Of a stretch of 64,000 nt of DNA, positions 58,650 to 64,000 are shown one piece after another. The stretch covers positions 16,281 to 80,280 of the forward strand of contig DSEQ01000009.1 in the NCBI GenBank assembly GCA_011056555.1, given 5' to 3'. Below the pieces are notes generated by a model, which ran no database searches, had not been told where the DNA came from, and saw only the letters and a list, made by a program, of their open reading frames with translations. A program made the translations under genes and the position numbers. Numbering within the stretch: the first letter of the stretch is position 1; every line of letters begins with the position of its first letter. Source of the DNA: Candidatus Zixiibacteriota bacterium. Its GTDB lineage: Bacteria > Zixibacteria > MSB-5A5 > JAABVY01.

Positions 58650-59087
58650 ATGGATGTAATTAATCTATTTGCCAAGCTTAATTTAGAAAAAATTGACTTT
58701 GATGGCAGTATAACAGCAACAACACCGGATCAATTCATTGCGCAATTTAAGAAAGTGTGTTCATGTCAGGCATCAAAACACAACCAGTCTATTGTATATG
58801 TATGGCATACAGAGAAAGCAATATCTCGTTTAAGGGGAAAAAGTACAATTGTTTACATTGGTAAAACCGATGCTACATTTTACACAAGACATTATCGCTA
58901 TGCCGAGACGGAGGCTTCAGGTAATAACTGGAAAAGATATAGCTATATCATTAATCAATATGGGGCAATAGGATTTTGTTGTGCGAGAATTCCTTCGCCA
59001 AATACTCCTCTGGAAATAGAAAACAGGTTGCTTCAAAAATATTTCGAGGAACATCTGGAACTACCCCCCATAAACAAAAGCCTATAA
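58650..59087 (+). CDS. Small AT-rich ORF, possibly a GIY-YIG-superfamily nuclease-like protein
   Basis: 145 aa from the ATG at 58650, with AAAGGAG 5 nt upstream. IVYVW...(spacer)...IVYIGKT, a downstream Arg (YTRHYRY) and LEIENRLLQKYFEEHLELPPIN loosely match the GIY, YIG, R, E and N order. The spacer between the GIY and YIG elements is longer than canonical. Confidence 0.4.
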   Translation: MDVINLFAKLNLEKIDFDGSITATTPDQFIAQFKKVCSCQASKHNQSIVYVWHTEKAISRLRGKSTIVYIGKTDATFYTRHYRYAETEASGNNWKRYSYIINQYGAIGFCCARIPSPNTPLEIENRLLQKYFEEHLELPPINKSL

Positions 59088-59131
59088 AAAATATGCCTGC
59101 TTATCTCTGGGCACCCCAAAAATTCAAACAT

Positions 59132-59207
59132 TGGGTGGCACGCCCAAATTCATTTGGGCGTGGTCTTCTAATGTACCTGCCCAAACAAAGTTTGAGCAGG
59201 CCACCCA
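59132..59207. other. Compound hairpin element (two strong hairpins closed by an 8-bp outer stem)
   Basis: Outer arms TGGGTGGC (59132-59139) / GCCACCCA (59200-59207). Hairpin 1 is CACGCCCAAA-ttca-TTTGGGCGTG (59139-59162, perfect 10 bp). Hairpin 2 is CCTGCCCAAAC-aaa-GTTTGAGCAGG (59176-59200, one mismatch). Confidence 0.45.
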
Positions 59208-59269
59208 TTGAATTGAGATAAAAAATCACAAGCTAAAGCTTGGGACACCGGGGCGAATCTGTTCACAAG

Positions 59270-59297
59270 AAAAAAAGCATGATCACAGGGATCATGC
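59270..59297 (-). terminator. Rho-independent terminator after the GatE-like gene
   Basis: The minus strand reads GCATGATC-cctgt-GATCATGC (perfect 8 bp) followed by TTTTTTT. It lies 29 nt downstream of the stop at 59326. Confidence 0.7.
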
Positions 59298-59325
59298 CCT
59301 ACAATTAATTCAAATGGGAGTTTTA

Positions 59326-61263
59326 TTACGATGTCGCCGGATGTTTGGCTTTGACTTGCTCTTTGACCATATCCTTGAGCTTTTCCGGGGGGAACTTGCC
59401 GCGGGTTTCTGATTTGACCTGACCAATAATATACTCTATCAGCTTTTCTTCGGATTTGAATCTGTCGCCATCAAGCTCTGCGGCTTTGCTTTCTATTAGA
59501 GAGCTTACATCACTCTCAGTCATCGGTATTAAATTCAATTCATCGAAAAGCCTCTCCAGCGGAATATTCGTGCCATTTGATGAAAGATAATCGAGAGCTA
59601 CATAGACCGCTTCGTTTGGCAATTCACGTTGTCCGGTTTGCTCCAGAATGTAGGCCAGGAGATCATCGGAAATAAATATCAGGTCCCTGCCCTGGCGTTT
59701 CAGATTTTTCAGATAGCCCTCGAAAAGATATGCCAGGAAAACCGGGTCAGTGAGATTGCGCTTCAATAACCGGTCGTACATAAGTGCAAATTTTGAACGT
59801 CCCAGGGAATAGACCAGTTCATCGGACAGCCCCAGTTCCATCCAGCGTTCATCGCGGCTGTAGGCCGGGTCCGGAAGAACCGCCCTGAGCTTATCCAGAC
59901 GATCTTTGGTGATTGCCACCGGCGAGGAATCGGTGTCGGGATACATACGGTCCGGGCCGGGAAGTATCCGTTCGAAATCCGTAATGCCCTCGCCAATATG
60001 CTGACGGGTTTCATTGGGCACGCCCTCGGTCGCCTCCACAGCACGGATCTTCACTTCCGACAGCGCCATGTTGACATCAGCTTCAGTGCCCCAGGTTATA
60101 ATAATCGCATCGGTATGACGCATATGGAAGACCTTTTTAATCTCGTCGCAGATTTCATCCGGCAGTTCGGCACAACTGATATCGTCGGAATGGATGATGT
60201 TCGGATATTTATCGATGCAGGCGATTACCTTAATTCGTCCGGAGATCTCATCGGCAAAGGTCTTATTCGGCTGGGTCTTGTAATTGAGTATGCCCGCAAA
60301 GCGTTCCAGCATGATACCGCCAACCTTGCCGCCATTGTTTATGACCTCGGATATCACCGGATGCGCTATCTTCTTGAAAATCTCGGTCAGGTCCTTCTTC
60401 TCGCTGTGAATTGTACTGGGGGATATTCCGCGTTTGCGCAGTTCTGATTTTATCTCCAGAAGCGATTTTTGCCTTAAACCCTCGACCTCGGTCAGGCGCT
60501 TGATATATCCGGTTTTATCAATGCCCTTGAGCTCCACCCGAGTGCCGCCGTCGATGGAAACATTGACATCCTGACGGGTTACTCCAATCCCGCGCCGTAC
60601 CCGTCCCGATGAGCGCAGCACGCGTCCGATAACCTCATCGACTTCCATCGCCTCGGTCGGAGTTTGCATATCCGGATAGGTCACAATCTCGACCAAAGGA
60701 GTTGAAAGACGATCTGTCCTGAACCTGATCTGATGTCCAATATCGTGCACCTCGCGGCAGGCATCCTCCTCAAGAGCGACTTGAATAATCCTGATTTTGC
60801 GGTCCTTGTATGGTATCCACCCTTCCACACCGACAATGGCGGTGCGCTGGAAGCCTGTGGGGATCGAGCCATCCAGATACTGCTTTCTGGTAATATGAAG
60901 TTCATCCACAATATGGCAGTTGAAGAGCATGGAAATCTGGAGGGCGATATCGAGAGCCTCCTGGTTGATCGGAAAAGGCGGGGTATCATCCATCTCATAG
61001 GTGCAGACATTATCCCGGAAGAGCTCGTAAACCACCTCTTTTTTGGTCTTGAATTCCATCAAGGCGGTGCCGTCATACTCTCCCAGTTCGGAAAGTGTGG
61101 GGCGCATATGTCTTACGATTAAACCGTCGGGAGGACCGTCAACATAACCGACCGGGCAGCGGCAGAACAGCTTTTTGGCGGTATCGAGCTGTTGATGAAC
61201 CTCCAGCCCACACTTGAAGCCAAGCTCTTTGAATCTGCTGTCGTCTAAATTATCCCAGTTCAT
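59326..61263 (-). CDS. gatE: GatE-like protein (archaeal-type Glu-tRNA(Gln) amidotransferase subunit E architecture)
   Basis: 645 aa. GatB/E cradle motifs are GLEVHQQLDTAKKLFCRCP, LEEDACRE and RQDVNVSIDGGTRVELKG. A long insertion domain follows the cradle; GatB lacks one. Then come GVPNETRQ...LPGPDRMYPDTD and a YqeY-like tail (IIGQVKSETRGKFPPEKLKDMV). Confidence 0.8.
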   Translation of the reverse strand: MNWDNLDDSRFKELGFKCGLEVHQQLDTAKKLFCRCPVGYVDGPPDGLIVRHMRPTLSELGEYDGTALMEFKTKKEVVYELFRDNVCTYEMDDTPPFPINQEALDIALQISMLFNCHIVDELHITRKQYLDGSIPTGFQRTAIVGVEGWIPYKDRKIRIIQVALEEDACREVHDIGHQIRFRTDRLSTPLVEIVTYPDMQTPTEAMEVDEVIGRVLRSSGRVRRGIGVTRQDVNVSIDGGTRVELKGIDKTGYIKRLTEVEGLRQKSLLEIKSELRKRGISPSTIHSEKKDLTEIFKKIAHPVISEVINNGGKVGGIMLERFAGILNYKTQPNKTFADEISGRIKVIACIDKYPNIIHSDDISCAELPDEICDEIKKVFHMRHTDAIIITWGTEADVNMALSEVKIRAVEATEGVPNETRQHIGEGITDFERILPGPDRMYPDTDSSPVAITKDRLDKLRAVLPDPAYSRDERWMELGLSDELVYSLGRSKFALMYDRLLKRNLTDPVFLAYLFEGYLKNLKRQGRDLIFISDDLLAYILEQTGQRELPNEAVYVALDYLSSNGTNIPLERLFDELNLIPMTESDVSSLIESKAAELDGDRFKSEEKLIEYIIGQVKSETRGKFPPEKLKDMVKEQVKAKHPATS

Positions 61264-61382
61264 AACTTGTGAAATATATCACTTTAATCTCTCAATATAC
61301 CAAATCTACAGGCCTTGGCAACCGATTTCGTGTTTTTTTTTGATGTTTGACAACACGACCGAAAATGTTATCTTTTGCCCTT

Positions 61383-63095
61383 ATGAAAAGGAAGTTCCGT
61401 ATAGCGCTGGCCCAGATCAACTCCACGGTGGGAGCGCTGGATCAAAACCTGGATAAAATCATTTCTTACGCCAGAAGGGCCGAGGAGCATGGCTGCGATA
61501 TAGTGGCCTATCCGGAGCTGGCCCTGACCGGCTATCCCCCTGAGGACCTGCTCCTGAAGAAGGCCTTCAATCTTGATGTTTCCAGGACTCTTAAGAAGCT
61601 GATTAAGGAAAAGATAAGGCCGATCATGGTGTTCGGTTATCCTGATTTCGACGGCGGGAAGTATAATTCTGCAGCGGTAATCTATAATAATAAGCTGGTC
61701 GCCTCGGTCAATAAATTCATGCTGCCCAATTACGGCGTCTTTGATGAAAAGCGCTATTTCACCCCCGGAAACGGAACATATATATTCGATCTCGGCTTCA
61801 TGCGTTTCGGTGTAAATATCTGTGAGGATATCTGGGTCACTCCCGGCACCACGGAGATTCTGACCTTGCATGGCGCCAATCTGGTTATCAATATCTCCGC
61901 CTCTCCCTACACTATTCGCAAGGAAAAATACCGCGAAACCATGATACAGCGGATAGTAAAGCGATGTCATATGTTTCTGGCCTTCTGCAATATGGTTGGC
62001 GGTCAGGATGAACTGGTTTTTGACGGCTATTCGATGATATTCAATCCCGAAGGGGAGATGCTGGCCTCTGCGAAGACATTCGAGGAGGATATGATCTTCG
62101 CCGAAATCGACCCTCTGGAGTCCGAGGCCAAACGGTTCACGATTACGGTTCCCCGGCAGATACCTCCGGTGGAAATTAAAAGACTGGGCGATTTCAAAAA
62201 CCGCAAAAGAACTAAAGCAATCAAATCAGTTATAAATCCCCCACCGTCCCGGGAGGAGGAAATATACAAGGCTCTGATTCTGGGAACAACTGATTATATC
62301 CAGAAGAATGGTTTTTCCGAAGTCGTTGTAGGGCTTTCCGGCGGGATAGATTCGGCCGTGACCGCTGTCCTGGCCTACGACTGCGTAGGACCGGAGCGAA
62401 TGCACTTAGTCTTTATGCCCTCGGAGTATACTCAGGATCAATCGACCAAAGACGCTAAAAAGCTGGCCCAGAATTTGGGAATACCTCTCCAGACATTTCC
62501 GATTGACAGCACATTTCAATGCTACAAGGAGATGCTCAAGGGGAGTTTCAAGGGTCTTAAGGAGGATATTACCGAGGAAAACCTTCAGGCGCGAATCCGC
62601 GGCAATATCCTGATGGCGCTTTCGAATAAATTCAAATGGCTGGTGCTTACGACCGGAAACAAATCCGAGGTTTCAGTCGGATACTCCACACTGTATGGCG
62701 ACACTGCCGGCGGTTTTGCAGTCATAAAGGATTTATATAAAACCGAGGTTTTCAAGCTGGCGCGCTACTATAATCGTAAGGAGAAGCGAACGGTGATACC
62801 TCGTTCGGTAATAGAGAAGCCGCCCTCGGCAGAACTGCGCCACAACCAGAAAGACACCGACAGCCTTCCTCCCTATGAAGTGCTCGATCCGATTCTGAAA
62901 CTATACATAGAGCAGGACAGGGGCCAAAAGGAGATCATAGATCGCGGGTATGACGAGGAACTTGTAAACCGTATCATAAGGATGGTTGATCTGGCAGAAT
63001 ACAAACGCCGCCAGTCCCCGCCCGGCGTCAAGATTACCCCCAAGGCCTTTGGCCGCGATCGCAGAATGCCTATCACACAGCGGTATTTCAGATAA
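61383..63095 (+). CDS. nadE: Glutamine-dependent NAD+ synthetase (CN-hydrolase glutaminase domain plus NAD synthetase domain)
   Basis: The N-terminal nitrilase-like domain has RIALAQIN, YPELALTGY and NICEDIW with the catalytic Cys. The C-terminal domain has the PP-loop VGLSGGIDSA and ELR...QKD. I chose the start at 61383; 61347 and 61365 are possible. Confidence 0.9.
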   Translation: MKRKFRIALAQINSTVGALDQNLDKIISYARRAEEHGCDIVAYPELALTGYPPEDLLLKKAFNLDVSRTLKKLIKEKIRPIMVFGYPDFDGGKYNSAAVIYNNKLVASVNKFMLPNYGVFDEKRYFTPGNGTYIFDLGFMRFGVNICEDIWVTPGTTEILTLHGANLVINISASPYTIRKEKYRETMIQRIVKRCHMFLAFCNMVGGQDELVFDGYSMIFNPEGEMLASAKTFEEDMIFAEIDPLESEAKRFTITVPRQIPPVEIKRLGDFKNRKRTKAIKSVINPPPSREEEIYKALILGTTDYIQKNGFSEVVVGLSGGIDSAVTAVLAYDCVGPERMHLVFMPSEYTQDQSTKDAKKLAQNLGIPLQTFPIDSTFQCYKEMLKGSFKGLKEDITEENLQARIRGNILMALSNKFKWLVLTTGNKSEVSVGYSTLYGDTAGGFAVIKDLYKTEVFKLARYYNRKEKRTVIPRSVIEKPPSAELRHNQKDTDSLPPYEVLDPILKLYIEQDRGQKEIIDRGYDEELVNRIIRMVDLAEYKRRQSPPGVKITPKAFGRDRRMPITQRYFR

Positions 63096-63213
63096 ATCAA
63101 TTATCTGCTGCTGAGTGGAAGAAAAATAATGGCGTCTCAATTTTAAATGAAACTATAAGACCAAACCTATGCCTCACACAAAATGAGCTTATTGATAAAC
63201 CCTGATGGTGTAT

Positions 63214-63324
63214 CGTTGGGTCTGATTCTTTCGCAGACGGAATTGTGACCCAACGCAAATGCTTGCTATATAATAAGGCGCAGGGTCACACCCCCCGATT
63301 CCTCCGGGGGCCAAGACCCTGCGC
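63214..63324. other. Two GC-rich nested hairpins in the nadE-DUF1028 intergenic region
   Basis: Hairpin A is CGTTGGGTC (63214-63222) / GACCCAACG (63247-63255). Hairpin B has a perfect 10-bp outer stem GCGCAGGGTC (63278-63287) / GACCCTGCGC (63315-63324) enclosing a 6-bp CCCCCG/CGGGGG inner stem. Neither is followed by a T-run. Confidence 0.4.
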
Positions 63325-63460
63325 GGAGAAAAGTACCCTCCTCAACACGCCCTGAAACAGTGGGGCACCCGGCATTAACAAAATTTATCTCTTGCCTTCA
63401 ACAAACCATTGATCTTAATTAAAAGCATCATCAATATCATCAATCACACTGGAGGAGAAT

Positions 63461-64000
63461 ATGACGAAATATATTACAGCATTAGCCTTGTTGATGACTC
63501 TCTCAGCCGCGGCTGAATCTGAAGACACAAACAGGCCTTCACCATTTTATCCGGTCACTACATATTCAATAGTATGTTATGATTCCGCCACAGGGCAGTT
63601 CGGAGCGGCGGTGCAGTCGCACTGGTTCAAGGTTGCCGATGTTATCTGGGCCGAGCCCGAGGTTGGTGTAGTGGCGACCCAATCACTGGCCGATTTCTCT
63701 TATGGCCTCCTCGGGCTCGAGATGATGGAAGCAGGCAAGACCGCACAGCAGGCGCTGGAGGGTCTTAAATCCTCCGATCCAAACTCGGATGTGAGACAGG
63801 TGGCGATGATTGATAACAAGGGAAACATCGCTACTCATACAGGAGAAAACTGTATTGCCATGGCGGGTCATCGCGTCGGCCCGAACTATTCTGTGCAGGC
63901 CAACCTGATGGAGAAGGCTACTGTCTGGGATGCTATGGCGCAGGCATTCGAGAAAACCGAGGGCGAACTGGCGGACCGTATGATGGCTGCATTGGAGGCG
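63461..64000 (+). CDS. DUF1028-family (Ntn-hydrolase-like) protein with a signal peptide; 3' end beyond the window
   Basis: My own translation from the ATG at 63461 (GGAGGAG lies 5 nt upstream) reads MTKYITALALLMTLSAAAE...TYSIVCYDSATGQFGAAVQSHWFKV...GVVATQSLADFSYG...RQVAMIDNKGNIATHTGENCIAMAGHRVGPNYSVQANL. This matches the DUF1028 pattern, and the frame is open to the window end. Confidence 0.8.
   Translation, partial: MTKYITALALLMTLSAAAESEDTNRPSPFYPVTTYSIVCYDSATGQFGAAVQSHWFKVADVIWAEPEVGVVATQSLADFSYGLLGLEMMEAGKTAQQALEGLKSSDPNSDVRQVAMIDNKGNIATHTGENCIAMAGHRVGPNYSVQANLMEKATVWDAMAQAFEKTEGELADRMMAALEA

Overview
This looks like a chromosomal segment from a diderm bacterium. I found no rRNA, tRNA, CRISPR array, transposase or integrase.

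- **1-11 kb:** minus-strand complex I operon nuoA-B-CD(fused)-E-F-G-H-I-J-K-L, with nuoL cut by the window edge.
- **11-19.5 kb:** housekeeping and small stress genes. These are a GNAT-like protein, glnS, a TrpR-family regulator with an orphan trpB, prs, a 2H phosphoesterase, an XRE regulator with a small membrane protein, a PhnB-like VOC protein and two SRPBCC/AHSA1 proteins.
- **19.6-28.2 kb:** amino-acid island. It holds two unrelated PLP racemases, an M20 amidohydrolase, a class-III aminotransferase with an N-terminal extension, an SSS transporter with a large soluble insert, a GNAT and a MarR regulator.
- **28.3-31.8 kb:** membrane protein, SDR and a CPA2 antiporter.
- **32.0-37.2 kb:** the most unusual block. 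It encodes a POTRA-less Omp85 barrel, a lipoprotein with intact protein-kinase-like motifs (VIK / HYDLKDQN / DFG), an AT-rich orphan secreted protein and a PAP2 phosphatase.
- **37.2-43.8 kb:** signalling operon with a TLC-like transporter fused to HEAT repeats, a cNMP-binding-domain protein, a PAS histidine kinase, a REC-PP2C protein and a REC protein.
- **44.6-52.4 kb:** TonB-dependent receptor, lipoprotein, small OM barrel, cupin, double TonB_C protein and an esterase-TPR protein.
- **52.6-64 kb:** caspase-like lipoprotein, DinB, class-V aminotransferase and an OM barrel. These are followed by an AT-rich GIY-YIG-like ORF embedded in repeat and hairpin DNA, an archaeal-type GatE-like gene with no gatD beside it, nadE and a truncated DUF1028 gene.

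All functional calls rest on motifs read by eye. No database search was run.
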